From assembly GCA_964650715.1 (NCBI GenBank), contig CAZYUL010000001.1, positions 37,938-101,937 on the forward strand: a stretch of DNA of 64,000 bases, in the 5' to 3' direction. Position numbers and translations under genes: made by a program. The DNA comes from an uncultured Gemmatimonas sp. (GTDB lineage: Bacteria > Gemmatimonadota > Gemmatimonadetes > Gemmatimonadales > Gemmatimonadaceae). Position 1 is the first letter of the stretch. Each line of letters opens with the position of its first letter. The notes under the pieces are model-generated. The model worked only from the letters and a program-made list of their open reading frames with translations, made no database searches and had not been told where the DNA came from. Positions 37,012 through 46,484 of this stretch are shown piece after piece.

Positions 37012-39243
37012 ATGCCGAACGAACTCAAGGATCCGGCCGCATCCAGCGGACTCGACCGTCGCGACTTCCTCCGCGTCACCTCCCTCGCCGGCGGTGGCCT
37101 CCTGATCGGCACCTGGCTCGACTTCTCGCTGCCCGGCGTCGTCGGTGCCGCCGAGCCCTTCGCCGACGCGCAACTGAACGCCTTCATCCGCATCCCCGCG
37201 ACCGGCCCGATCACGATCATGGCCAAGAACCCGGAGATCGGGCAGGGCGTGAAGACGATGCTCCCGATGCTCGTCGCCGAGGAGCTCGACGTGAGCTGGG
37301 ACCAGGTGGTGGTCGAGCAGGCGATGAGCGAACCGGCGAAGTACGGTCAGCAGTCCGCCGGCGGCAGCACCGCCACCCCGATCAACTGGGAACCGCTGCG
37401 CCGGGCGGGTGCCGCCGGCCGCGCGATGCTGGTCGAGGCAGCGGCGCAGTCGTGGAACGTCCCCGCGACCGAGCTGATCACCGAGTCGGGCGCCGTCCAC
37501 CACCGTGCGTCACGCCGCCGCGCCACCTATGGCGAGCTCGCCGCGCGGGCGGCGGCGCTCCCGGCGCCCGACCTGGCCTCGGTGCGGACGAAGGACCCCA
37601 AGGACTACCGGATCATCGGCAAGCCGATCCCGGGCGTGGACAACAAGCGGATCGTCACCGGCCAGCCCCTCTTCGGCATGGACGTCACGGTGCCAGGGAT
37701 GCTGTACGCGACGTTCGAGAAGGCGCCCGTGTTCGGCGCGAAGGTGGCCAGCGCGAACCTTAACGAGGTCCGCGCGCTCCCCGGAGTGAAGCACGCGTTC
37801 GTCGTCGAGGGGGGCTCGGACCTCGCCGGGCTGCTGCCGGGCGTCGCGATCGTGGCCGACACCTGGTGGGCCGCGCGTTCGGCGCGCCGCCGCCTCCGCG
37901 TGAGCTGGGAAGAACATCCGACGTCTCGGCTCTCGAGCGCGATGTTCTCGAGCCGCGCGAAGGAGCTCCTCGTGGGGGCGCCGGCGACGGTGGTGCGCAC
38001 CGACGGGGACCTCGCCGCCGCCTTCGGTGGCGCGGCCGCCGTCGTCGAGGCCGAGTACGAGTACCCGTTCCTCGCGCACGCGGCGCTGGAGCCCATGAAC
38101 TGCACGGCGCGGTTCGCCGACGGGAAGATGGAGATCTGGGCGCCGACACAGAATCCGCAGTCGGGTCGCGTGCTCGTAGCGCGCACGCTCGGGATCGCCG
38201 AGCCCGACATCGCGATCCACATCATGCGGTCGGGCGGCGGCTTCGGCCGGCGGCTCAACAACGACTATATGGTCGAGGCCGCGTTCATCGCCCGGCAGGC
38301 GGGCGTCCCGGTGAAGCTGGTGTGGACGCGTGAGGACGACATGCAGCACGACTTCTATCGGCCCGCCGGCTACCACAAGCTGAAGGGGGCCGTGGATCGC
38401 GCCGGCAAGCTCACGGCGTGGGAGAACCACTTCGTCACCTTCGGCGAGGGACAGCGCTTCGGGACGGCCGCCTCGATCGGCCCCACCGAGTTCCCCGTCG
38501 CCTACATCCCGAACTTCCGGTTCGGTGTCTCGCAGCTCCCGCTCGGCATCCCGACGGGGTTCCTCCGCGCGCCGACGTCGAACGCGATCGCGTTCGTCTT
38601 CCAGTCGTTCATCGACGAGCTCGCCCACGCGGCCAAGCGCGACCCGGTGCAGTTCCGGCTCGACCTCCTCGCGCAACTCGATCCGGCCGCCCCGATCCCC
38701 GAGCGCGCGGCACCGCCGATGAACGCGGAGCGGATGCGCGGCGTGCTGCAGCTCGTCGCCGAGAAGTCGGGCTGGGGTCGGCGCACCCTCTCGCGCGGAT
38801 CGGGGATGGGCGTCGGCATGCACTACAGCCATCGCGGCTACTTCGCCGAAGTGGTCGAGGTGAACGTCTCGCGCGCCGGCGAGGTGAAGGTCGTGAAGGT
38901 CTGGGCGGCCGGGGATGTCGGAAGCCAGATCATCAACCCGAGCGGGGCGATCCAGCAGGTGCAGGGCTCGGTGCTGGACGGACTGGCCGAGGCGTTCAAG
39001 CAGGAGATCACGATCGAGGGCGGCCGGACGGTGCAGAGCAACTTCGACGATTTCGAGCTGCTGCGCATCACCGAGGCGCCGCCGGTCGAGGTGCACTTCC
39101 GGACCACCGAGTTCTCGCCGACGGGAATGGGCGAACCGGCGCTCCCGCCGGTCATCCCCGCGCTCACCAACGCGATCTTCGCGGCGACCGGCAAGCGCAT
39201 CCGCTCCCTCCCGCTCTCCCGGCACGACCTGAGCTGGAGCTGA
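37012..39243 (+). CDS. iorB: xanthine dehydrogenase family molybdopterin-binding subunit (IorB type), Tat-exported
   Basis: DRRDFL, EIGQG, HAALEPMN, GGGFGRR, WTREDD, GMGEP. Confidence 0.92.
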   Translation: MPNELKDPAASSGLDRRDFLRVTSLAGGGLLIGTWLDFSLPGVVGAAEPFADAQLNAFIRIPATGPITIMAKNPEIGQGVKTMLPMLVAEELDVSWDQVVVEQAMSEPAKYGQQSAGGSTATPINWEPLRRAGAAGRAMLVEAAAQSWNVPATELITESGAVHHRASRRRATYGELAARAAALPAPDLASVRTKDPKDYRIIGKPIPGVDNKRIVTGQPLFGMDVTVPGMLYATFEKAPVFGAKVASANLNEVRALPGVKHAFVVEGGSDLAGLLPGVAIVADTWWAARSARRRLRVSWEEHPTSRLSSAMFSSRAKELLVGAPATVVRTDGDLAAAFGGAAAVVEAEYEYPFLAHAALEPMNCTARFADGKMEIWAPTQNPQSGRVLVARTLGIAEPDIAIHIMRSGGGFGRRLNNDYMVEAAFIARQAGVPVKLVWTREDDMQHDFYRPAGYHKLKGAVDRAGKLTAWENHFVTFGEGQRFGTAASIGPTEFPVAYIPNFRFGVSQLPLGIPTGFLRAPTSNAIAFVFQSFIDELAHAAKRDPVQFRLDLLAQLDPAAPIPERAAPPMNAERMRGVLQLVAEKSGWGRRTLSRGSGMGVGMHYSHRGYFAEVVEVNVSRAGEVKVVKVWAAGDVGSQIINPSGAIQQVQGSVLDGLAEAFKQEITIEGGRTVQSNFDDFELLRITEAPPVEVHFRTTEFSPTGMGEPALPPVIPALTNAIFAATGKRIRSLPLSRHDLSWS

Positions 39244-39247
39244 TCGC

Positions 39248-40303
39248 GTGAAGACGTGGCTCGAGACCCGCCAGGTGCTCGAGCGCCTCGCCGCCGTGCG
39301 GCAGGCGGGACGCCGCGCGGCACTCGCGACCGTGATCCGCGTGCGCGGCTCGGCGTATCGGCACGAGGGGGCCAAGCTCCTCGTCACCGAGGATGACGTC
39401 ACCGGCAACGTGAGCGGCGGCTGCCTCGAGGAGGACGTGAGGGAGGTCGCGCGACAGGTGATGCGGACCGGCGTCGCCGAGCGGCGGAGCTGGTGCGGGG
39501 GCGCGGACGAGATCAGCGCGTGGGACCTCGGCGTCGGGTGCGAGGGTGAGGTGGAGATCCTCATCGAGCCGGTGACGGACGCGCGCGACGCCGAGCGCGC
39601 CCTGATCGATGCCGAGCGGGCGCACGTCGTCCTCACGTCGCTCACGGCCGTTCCGGGAGCCGGGACCGCCACCGCGAGCGGTCCCCCCCGCCGTGAGCCG
39701 CTCGAAGGCGCCGCGGCGACGCCCTGGCTGCAGGGCGGCTCGCGACTCGCCGAGCGGGACGGCGACCCCGTCTTCGTCGACGTGCTCGTGCCTCCCCCGC
39801 GCCTGCTCCTCGTGAGCGCGGGTGATGACGCCCGGCACGTCGCGGCGCTCGCCGCCGGCGTCGGATTCCGCGTGGTCGTGGCCGATCGGCGGCCGGGCCT
39901 GCTCACCGCCCCGCGCTTCCCGTCCCCGATCCGCCTCGTCGAGACCGACGCGACGCGCCTCGGCGAGCGCGTCGTGCTCGAAGCCGACGACTTCGCGGTC
40001 GTGATGACGCACCACTTCGCCGACGACACCGACTACGCGCGCGCCCTGCTCCGCAGTCCCGTGCGGTACCTCGGGCTGCTCGGCCCGCGCGCGCGGACCG
40101 AGCGCCTCCTCGGCGTCCTCCGCCGGGAGGCTCCCTTCGAGGAGGATCGCATCTACGCGCCGATCGGTCTCGACATCGGCACCGACGGCGCCGAGCAGGT
40201 CGCCCTCGCGGTGGTCGCCGAACTCCTCGCGGTGCGGAGCGGCCGGCGGCCGCGCTCCCTGCGCGAGCGCAACGCGCCGATCCATGCCGACGACGAGGAG
40301 TAG
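39248..40303 (+). CDS. xdhC: XdhC/CoxI family molybdenum cofactor insertion chaperone
   Basis: GSAYRHEGA, VSGGCLE, GCEG, VMTH, YLGLLG, APIGLDIG. Confidence 0.9.
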   Translation: MKTWLETRQVLERLAAVRQAGRRAALATVIRVRGSAYRHEGAKLLVTEDDVTGNVSGGCLEEDVREVARQVMRTGVAERRSWCGGADEISAWDLGVGCEGEVEILIEPVTDARDAERALIDAERAHVVLTSLTAVPGAGTATASGPPRREPLEGAAATPWLQGGSRLAERDGDPVFVDVLVPPPRLLLVSAGDDARHVAALAAGVGFRVVVADRRPGLLTAPRFPSPIRLVETDATRLGERVVLEADDFAVVMTHHFADDTDYARALLRSPVRYLGLLGPRARTERLLGVLRREAPFEEDRIYAPIGLDIGTDGAEQVALAVVAELLAVRSGRRPRSLRERNAPIHADDEE

Positions 40304-40904
40304 CGGCCCGGTCGCCCCGGCGCGGGTCGCGGGCGTGCTGCTCGCAGCCGGCCGCTCGCGCCGGATGGGGCGCAACAAGCTCCTGCTCCCCGTGGATGGC
40401 GAGCCGATGGTGCGGCGGGTCGCGGCACGCGCGCTCGATGCCGGACTCTCGCCGCTGGTCGTGGTGCTCGGCCACGAGTCCGCCCTGGTGCGCGACGCAC
40501 TGCGAGGACTCGCCTGCACCTTCGTGGAGAGCGACGAACCCGAGGGGCCGACCAGCGCCTCGCTCCATCCGGCGCTCCGCGAACTCGGCCCCGACGCGCG
40601 CGTGGACGCGGTGGTCGTGCTCCTCGGCGACATGGTCCACGTGACCTCGGGGATGATCGCGGCGCTGGTGCGATCGTCGCGCGAGGACACGGCGCCGCTC
40701 GAGGTCTCGCGCTACGGCGACGTCTTCGCCCCGCCGCTGCTCTTCCGACGTCCGCTATGGCCGGAACTGCTCGCCTGGCACGGCGACGGCTGCGGGAAGT
40801 CGGTGGTGCTCGATCATCGCGCCGAGGCCCGCGTGCACGAGTGGCCTGCGGGTGACCTGCAGGACGTGGACACCCCGCACGACTACGAGGCGCTCACCCG
40901 ATGA
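40284..40904 (+). CDS. mocA: molybdenum cofactor cytidylyltransferase
   Basis: LAAGRSRRMGRNKLLL, LGDM, GDGCG, DVDTP; operon context. Confidence 0.85.
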   Translation: MPTTRSSGPVAPARVAGVLLAAGRSRRMGRNKLLLPVDGEPMVRRVAARALDAGLSPLVVVLGHESALVRDALRGLACTFVESDEPEGPTSASLHPALRELGPDARVDAVVVLLGDMVHVTSGMIAALVRSSREDTAPLEVSRYGDVFAPPLLFRRPLWPELLAWHGDGCGKSVVLDHRAEARVHEWPAGDLQDVDTPHDYEALTR

Positions 40905-42022
40905 TGCCCGCGCTGCGCATCGCGGTGGTCGGCATCGCCGCTGCCGTGCTCTCCGTCGCCCCGGCCTCGCCACCCGCGGCCCTGCCCCAGCGTCTCGACG
41001 ATGCCTCCTTCTGGCGCCTCGTCACCGAGCTCTCGGAACCCGGCGGCTACTTCCGCTCGGACAACTTCATCTCGAACGAGGGGGAGCTGCAGTACGTGAT
41101 CGGCGACCTCCAGCGCGCCGGCGCGCGCGGCCGCGCCTACGTGGGCGTCGGGCCGGAGCAGAACCTCACGTACATCGCCGCGCTCGAACCGGGGATCGCG
41201 TTCATCGTGGACATCCGGCGCCAGAACCTCGTGCAACACCTGCTCTTCAAGGCGCTCATGGAGACCTCGCCGGATCGCGCGACGTACCTCTCGCGACTCC
41301 TCTCGCGCGCGCGGCCGGCGGGGCTGGACTCCACGTCGGGCGTGAGTGAGCTGATGGAGGCCTATTCCGCCGTCGCCGGGGACAGCGCGCTCTTCCGCCG
41401 GACCTTCGACGAGGTCCGCGCGCACCTGATGGATCTCAAGCGCTTCGCGCTCACGCCGGAGGACCTCGAGTCCCTCCGCTACATCCTCTCGGCCTTCGGC
41501 ACCGCCGGCACCGCGATCACCTACTCGTTCGGCCAGATGGGGGGCTCAGGGCGCTTCGGGTCGTGGATGCCGACGCTCTACGAGATGATGATCGAGACCG
41601 ACGAGCACGGGGTCCAACGCTCGTACCTCGCGAGCGAGGCGGCGTACCGCGTGCTCAAGGACCGCCAGGAGCGGAACCTGATCGTGCCCGTGGTCGGCGA
41701 CTTCGCCGGCGACAAGGCGCTCCGCGCCGTCGCGCGCTGGCTGCGCGCGCAGGAGGCCACCCTCGGCGTCTTCTATTCGTCGAACGTCGAGCAGTACCTC
41801 TTCCAGGATGGCGTCTTCGAGCGGTTCGCCGCGAACCTCGCGACCTTCCCGACCGACAGCACGAGCACCTTCGTGCGCTCGGTCTCCAACCGCGGCTGGC
41901 TGCCGACGCGGAACCCGCGCTCGCGCCTGGCGCAGCTCACGATGCGCATCGAGCCGATGCTCGAGGCGATCCGGCAGGGACGGGCCGCGACCTACGGCGA
42001 CCTGGTGACGCTCGTCCCCTGA
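40901..42022 (+). CDS. secreted hypothetical protein (LIC_10091-like)
   Basis: Signal peptide; LSEPGGYFRSDNFISNE, YVGVGPEQN, VVGDFAG, FYSSNVEQYL. Confidence 0.72.
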   Translation: MMPALRIAVVGIAAAVLSVAPASPPAALPQRLDDASFWRLVTELSEPGGYFRSDNFISNEGELQYVIGDLQRAGARGRAYVGVGPEQNLTYIAALEPGIAFIVDIRRQNLVQHLLFKALMETSPDRATYLSRLLSRARPAGLDSTSGVSELMEAYSAVAGDSALFRRTFDEVRAHLMDLKRFALTPEDLESLRYILSAFGTAGTAITYSFGQMGGSGRFGSWMPTLYEMMIETDEHGVQRSYLASEAAYRVLKDRQERNLIVPVVGDFAGDKALRAVARWLRAQEATLGVFYSSNVEQYLFQDGVFERFAANLATFPTDSTSTFVRSVSNRGWLPTRNPRSRLAQLTMRIEPMLEAIRQGRAATYGDLVTLVP

Positions 42023-42774
42023 GGCTCGCCGGGGGGCTGGAAGGTCCCGTGGCGCAGGAACGCGACCGTCAGCTGGTGCACGTCGCGCCGGTTCATGATG
42101 AAGGAGTGGCCCCCGTCCACGACGATATGCTCCTTCTCCTCGGGGAGGTGCGTCTCGGGGAGCTTGACGGTGTCGTCGTCGCGGGCGGCTATCACCCCGA
42201 TCTCGACGCCGCGGACCGGCGGGATGTGCCGGACCGTCGCGCCGCTGTCCGCGCGCAGCTCGGCCGTGGGCTTGAGCAACCAACCGACGAGCGGCGACAT
42301 GGTGTTGGCGAACTCCGCCCCCTGGTTCGGCGGGGCGAGCATCACCACGCGGCCGACGCGAGGGGGCACTGAGTCGCCCGCGAGGAGGTACCGCACGAGG
42401 ATGTTCCCCATGCTGTGACCGACGAAGTGCACCCGCTCATGCTCGGGGCGCACCTCGCGCGACAGCATCGTGCGCAGGTCGGCGGCGATCTCCGGGATCT
42501 CACAGCAGGTGCTCGAGTAGCCGAAGGTCAAGACCTCGAACCCCTCGCGCTCGAGCGCCCTGACCACGGGACGCATCGAGCGCGGCGTGCGGATGAGCCC
42601 GTGGATCACGACGACGAGTTCGCGGGCCGCCGTCGCCGACGGCGTGTCGATCGCCGCGCCGTCGGGTGCCGCGTCCGCATCCCGCGCCGGCATCGCCGTC
42701 GCGTGCGGGACCAGCAGCGTGAGGATGAGCGTGGCCGCGAGGACCGCGCGGGGGCGGGACGTCAGTGGGGCCAC
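41992..42774 (-). CDS. secreted alpha/beta hydrolase (esterase/lipase)
   Basis: VVIHG, GHSMG nucleophile elbow, LAPPNQG, GGHSF. Start is uncertain. Confidence 0.82.
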   Translation of the reverse strand: MAPLTSRPRAVLAATLILTLLVPHATAMPARDADAAPDGAAIDTPSATAARELVVVIHGLIRTPRSMRPVVRALEREGFEVLTFGYSSTCCEIPEIAADLRTMLSREVRPEHERVHFVGHSMGNILVRYLLAGDSVPPRVGRVVMLAPPNQGAEFANTMSPLVGWLLKPTAELRADSGATVRHIPPVRGVEIGVIAARDDDTVKLPETHLPEEKEHIVVDGGHSFIMNRRDVHQLTVAFLRHGTFQPPGEPQGTSVTRSP

Positions 42775-43061
42775 TCCGCCAGCACCGTCCACAGATCCCT
42801 TGAGAGCGTGACCCCCTCGGGGAAATGCGAGGCGAAGTCGGCGCGCAGGCGGGAGGAGTGCGTGCCGATGTACCGGTCGTACGTCTCCCGGTCGGCGAAC
42901 TGGTAGCGCGTCCGGTACCGTCCGTCGTCGCCGCGAAGGAATGAGGCGCCGACGAAGAGCCCGGTCGCGAGCACGTCCGGGATATGCCGATCGCGCATGT
43001 AGAGCTCGAACCGGGCGCGGAGGTCGTCACGCACCTCGGCCGTGACCTCATAAGTGATCAT
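42762..43061 (-). CDS. DUF4286 family protein
   Basis: MITYEVT...YMRDRHIPDVLATGLF...Y...LR. Confidence 0.78.
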   Translation of the reverse strand: MITYEVTAEVRDDLRARFELYMRDRHIPDVLATGLFVGASFLRGDDGRYRTRYQFADRETYDRYIGTHSSRLRADFASHFPEGVTLSRDLWTVLAEWPH

Positions 43062-43136
43062 CGGATGTCCGCGTTGGCCATATTCGTGGGTACACCGGAA
43101 ACTCACCCGCGTCCCCGCGTCCCGCCAGCCACCCGG

Positions 43137-44006
43137 ATGTCATCCACGTCACACTCGGCGACCACGATCCGTGCGCGCGACGGCATCCTCCTCGCAGCCC
43201 GTCGCTGGACGCCCGGCTTCGGCTCCCGGGGCACGATCGTGCTGGTGCACGGGCTCGGGGAGCACCTCGGACGCTACGAGTACGTTGCGGACGCGCTCGG
43301 ACGGGGCGGCTGGACCGTCGCCGGCTACGACCAGCGGGGGCACGGGCACTCCGAAGGGCGTCGCGGTGTCGTGCCGGAGGCGAGCACGCTCCTGGACGAT
43401 CTGGCTCTCGTGACCGACTGGGCGCACGAGGCTCGATCCGACGACGCGCCGCTCGTCCTCCTGGGGCATAGCCTGGGCGGCTTGGTCGCCGCGTGGTTCG
43501 TGCTCCGCGGCCTCCGTCGGGTCGACGGACTCGTCCTCACATCGCCCGCCCTCGCCGCGGACCTCTCGATCCTCCAGCGGGTCCAGCTGCACGTCGGCCG
43601 GGTGCTCGTCCCGGATCTCCCGATGCCGAACGGCTTGAAGGTCTCGCGGATCTCGCGAGACCCCGAGGTCGTGCGGGCCTACCGTGAGGATCCGCTCGTG
43701 CACGACCGGATCACGGCGAGACTCGCGTGGGGAGCGCTGGAAGCGGGTCACGCGGTGCGGGCCGCCGCCGGCGCGTGGACGGTCCCGACCCTCCTCCTCT
43801 GGGCCGGGGACGACCATCTCGTGGCGGCCGCCGGGAGCGAGGAGTTCGCGCAGCGGGCCCCTCGCGCCATCGTCACGGCGCGACGGTTCGACGGGCTCCG
43901 GCACGAGATCCTCAATGAACCCGAGCGCGACGACGTGCTCGGCGCGATCACCCGATGGCTCGAGGGGCTACGCCCTCGCGTCACCGTGCCCGGCACGGCA
44001 TCTTGA
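43137..44006 (+). CDS. lysophospholipase/monoacylglycerol lipase (Hydrolase_4)
   Basis: VHGLGEHLGRY, DQRGHGHS, GHSLGG, YREDPLV, RHEILNE. Confidence 0.9.
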   Translation: MSSTSHSATTIRARDGILLAARRWTPGFGSRGTIVLVHGLGEHLGRYEYVADALGRGGWTVAGYDQRGHGHSEGRRGVVPEASTLLDDLALVTDWAHEARSDDAPLVLLGHSLGGLVAAWFVLRGLRRVDGLVLTSPALAADLSILQRVQLHVGRVLVPDLPMPNGLKVSRISRDPEVVRAYREDPLVHDRITARLAWGALEAGHAVRAAAGAWTVPTLLLWAGDDHLVAAAGSEEFAQRAPRAIVTARRFDGLRHEILNEPERDDVLGAITRWLEGLRPRVTVPGTAS

Positions 44007-44039
44007 TGCTCGATCGCCACCCACTCCGGAGCGCAGACC

Positions 44040-45281
44040 GTGGACGCAGGGAAGAACCGCCGGCGCTTCGAGCGTCCGGTGCTGACCGAGGCAGAGCGCG
44101 TCGCGTCGCAGATCATCAAGCTCGGCCCGGCCGAAGCAGCCGACCGCCTCGAGCAGCTCGACAGCGCGGTGGCTGTCGAGGTGCTGCAGGCGATGAACCC
44201 GGCGGTCGCCAGCGACATCATCCCCGAACTGGATAGTGAACACCGCGATTCGCTCTTCGCCGCCGCGCCCACGGCGCTGACGCAGCAGTGGTCCACCAAC
44301 CTCTCGTTCGACGAGGACCAGATCGGGCGGCTCCTCGAGCCCGTGCCCGCGCAGTTCCGGCCGGGAGAGTCGGTCGGCGACGTCACGACCCGCGTCCGCG
44401 ACCTCAGCAAGCGCGTGCTCCTCACCTACCTCTTCGTCACGGACGACGCCGGGATCCTGGTCGGGGTCGTCACGATGCGCGATCTCCTGCTCGCGAACGA
44501 CGCCGCGACCCTCCGCGACGTGATGATCAAGGAGGTCTTCACCCTCTCGCCGACGATGAAGCTCGCCGACGCCATGCGCGTCGTCCTGCACCGGCACTAC
44601 CCAGTGTATCCCGTCTGTGATGCCGGCGGCCGACTGCTCGGCCAGGTCCGCGGCAGCGCGATGTTCGAGGAACAGGCGTTCGAGATCAGCGCCCAGCCCG
44701 GACGGATGGTCGGTGTCGCCGAGGAGGAGCGCCTCCTCACGCACTGGAAGCGCAGCCTGCGCTTCCGGCACCCGTGGCTCCAGCTGAACCTGCTGACGGC
44801 GTTCGTCGCCGCGGCGGTGGTCGGCATCTTCCAGGATACGCTCGACCAGATGGTGATCCTCGCGCTCTTCCTCCCGGTGCTCGCCGGACAGTCCGGGAAC
44901 ACCGGCTGCCAGGCGCTCGCGGTGACGCTGCGCGGCATGACGCTGGGCGAGCTCAAGGGCGGGACCGAGAAGGCCTTGGTGGCGAAGGAGGCGCTGCTCG
45001 GACTGCTCAACGGGAGCCTCGTCGGCCTCACCGCCGGCGCCGGGATGTTCGTGGTCGCGCGGATGCAGGGGAACGAGGCGGCGTTCGGCCTTTCGGCCAT
45101 CGTGGCGCTCGCGATGATCGGGAGCTGCGTGGTGAGCGGTGTCTCCGGCGCCCTCATCCCGCTCACGCTCAAGCGCGTCGGCGCCGACCCCGCGACCGCG
45201 TCGAGCATCTTCCTCACGACGGCGACGGACGTCGCGTCGATGGGGCTCTTCCTCGGACTCGCGACGCTGCTGCTCGTGTGA
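44040..45281 (+). CDS. mgtE: magnesium transporter MgtE
   Basis: CBS pair, PWLQLNL, GQSGNTGCQ, DPATASSIFLTTATD. Confidence 0.9.
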   Translation: MDAGKNRRRFERPVLTEAERVASQIIKLGPAEAADRLEQLDSAVAVEVLQAMNPAVASDIIPELDSEHRDSLFAAAPTALTQQWSTNLSFDEDQIGRLLEPVPAQFRPGESVGDVTTRVRDLSKRVLLTYLFVTDDAGILVGVVTMRDLLLANDAATLRDVMIKEVFTLSPTMKLADAMRVVLHRHYPVYPVCDAGGRLLGQVRGSAMFEEQAFEISAQPGRMVGVAEEERLLTHWKRSLRFRHPWLQLNLLTAFVAAAVVGIFQDTLDQMVILALFLPVLAGQSGNTGCQALAVTLRGMTLGELKGGTEKALVAKEALLGLLNGSLVGLTAGAGMFVVARMQGNEAAFGLSAIVALAMIGSCVVSGVSGALIPLTLKRVGADPATASSIFLTTATDVASMGLFLGLATLLLV

Positions 45282-45293
45282 CCGGGGGCGCGC

Positions 45294-46484
45294 TCAGCGC
45301 ACGGGACGTACCCGGAGCAGCTGCCCCATCCCGCTGTCGGTGACGAGGTAGACGAATCCGTCCGGCCCCTGCTGCACGTCGCGGATGCGCGCGCCCAGCT
45401 CTCCGAGATAGCGTTCCTCCCGGGTCACGCGCCCGTCGCGCATCTCGAGCCGCACCAGCGCACCGGGGTTGAGCGAGCCGACCAGCAGGCTCCCCTTCCA
45501 ACCGGGGATCGAATCGCTCGTGTAGAACGCCATCCCCGAGGGGGCGATCACGGGGTCCCAGTAGTAGACCGGCTGCTCCATCCCCTCCTTCACCTGGCCT
45601 TCGCCGATCCGCGCGCCTGAGTAGTCGCGGCCATAGGTGATCACCGGCCAGCCGTAGTTGCGTCCCGCCCTCGGCTGGTTGAGTTCGTCGCCGCCGCGGG
45701 CACCGTGCTCCACCGTCCAGAGGTCGCCTGTCTCCGGGTGCATCGCGGCGGCCTGGCCGTTCCGGTGCCCGTATGACCAGATGCTCGGCTGCGCATCGGT
45801 CCGCCCGACGAACGGATTGTCGGCGGGGATGCTGCCGTCGGGTGCGATCCGCACGAACTTCCCCATGCCCTGCTGCAGATCCTGCGCGCGGTCGCGATGC
45901 TCACGCCGGTCCCCCTGTGTCACCCAGAGGTTGCCGTCACGGGCAACGACGATCCGGGAGCCGTAGTGCCCGCCTGCCGAAACCTTCGGATCCTGGCGAT
46001 GGATCACCGTCAGCTCCTCGAGCGACGAGGCGCCCAGGCGAGCCCGGGCGACGGCCGTGCCAGCACCGCCGGGACCCGGCTCGGCGTACGACAGGTAGAT
46101 CGTCCGGTTCCGTTCGAACGCCGGATCCACCGCGACGTCGAGGAGGCCGCCCTGGCCGGAGGCATGGACCGCCGGCACGCCGGTGACCGGCGGCGAGACG
46201 GTCCCATCGAGCGAGACGATGCGCAGCCTTCCCGGCCGCTCGGTGACGAGCACTCGGCCGTCGGGAAGGAACTCGAGCGCCCAGGGATGCTCGAGCCCAC
46301 TGGCGACAGTCTCGACTCGGACGACACCGGGGGTCGAGGCCGGTGTCGGGGATCGAGGCGCCCCGCCCCGCGCCGCGGCGCCCTCGCACGCCTGGGCCGC
46401 AGACGCGAGAAGCACCGCGATCGCCACCCGCGCTGCGACGGGTCGCCCAATCGCGCGGTTGGAGATACGCATGGCGCCCCTCAT
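45294..46484 (-). CDS. PQQ-dependent sugar dehydrogenase (YliI/GSDH family)
   Basis: GLEHPW, TERPGRL, GQGGLLD, SYGHRN, EHGARGGDELN, IAPSG. Alternative start at 46472. Confidence 0.92.
   Translation of the reverse strand: MRGAMRISNRAIGRPVAARVAIAVLLASAAQACEGAAARGGAPRSPTPASTPGVVRVETVASGLEHPWALEFLPDGRVLVTERPGRLRIVSLDGTVSPPVTGVPAVHASGQGGLLDVAVDPAFERNRTIYLSYAEPGPGGAGTAVARARLGASSLEELTVIHRQDPKVSAGGHYGSRIVVARDGNLWVTQGDRREHRDRAQDLQQGMGKFVRIAPDGSIPADNPFVGRTDAQPSIWSYGHRNGQAAAMHPETGDLWTVEHGARGGDELNQPRAGRNYGWPVITYGRDYSGARIGEGQVKEGMEQPVYYWDPVIAPSGMAFYTSDSIPGWKGSLLVGSLNPGALVRLEMRDGRVTREERYLGELGARIRDVQQGPDGFVYLVTDSGMGQLLRVRPVR

Noticed and set aside
34368-37226. 952-aa ORF suggesting a large fusion to cardiolipin synthase
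   Set aside because: The N-terminal half is antisense to iorA, iorB and the lipoprotein gene; cls has its own GGAGG SD and ATG at 35825.
44007-44039. Magnesium riboswitch upstream of mgtE
   Set aside because: Only 33 nt separate mgtE from the upstream gene, too short for an M-box.
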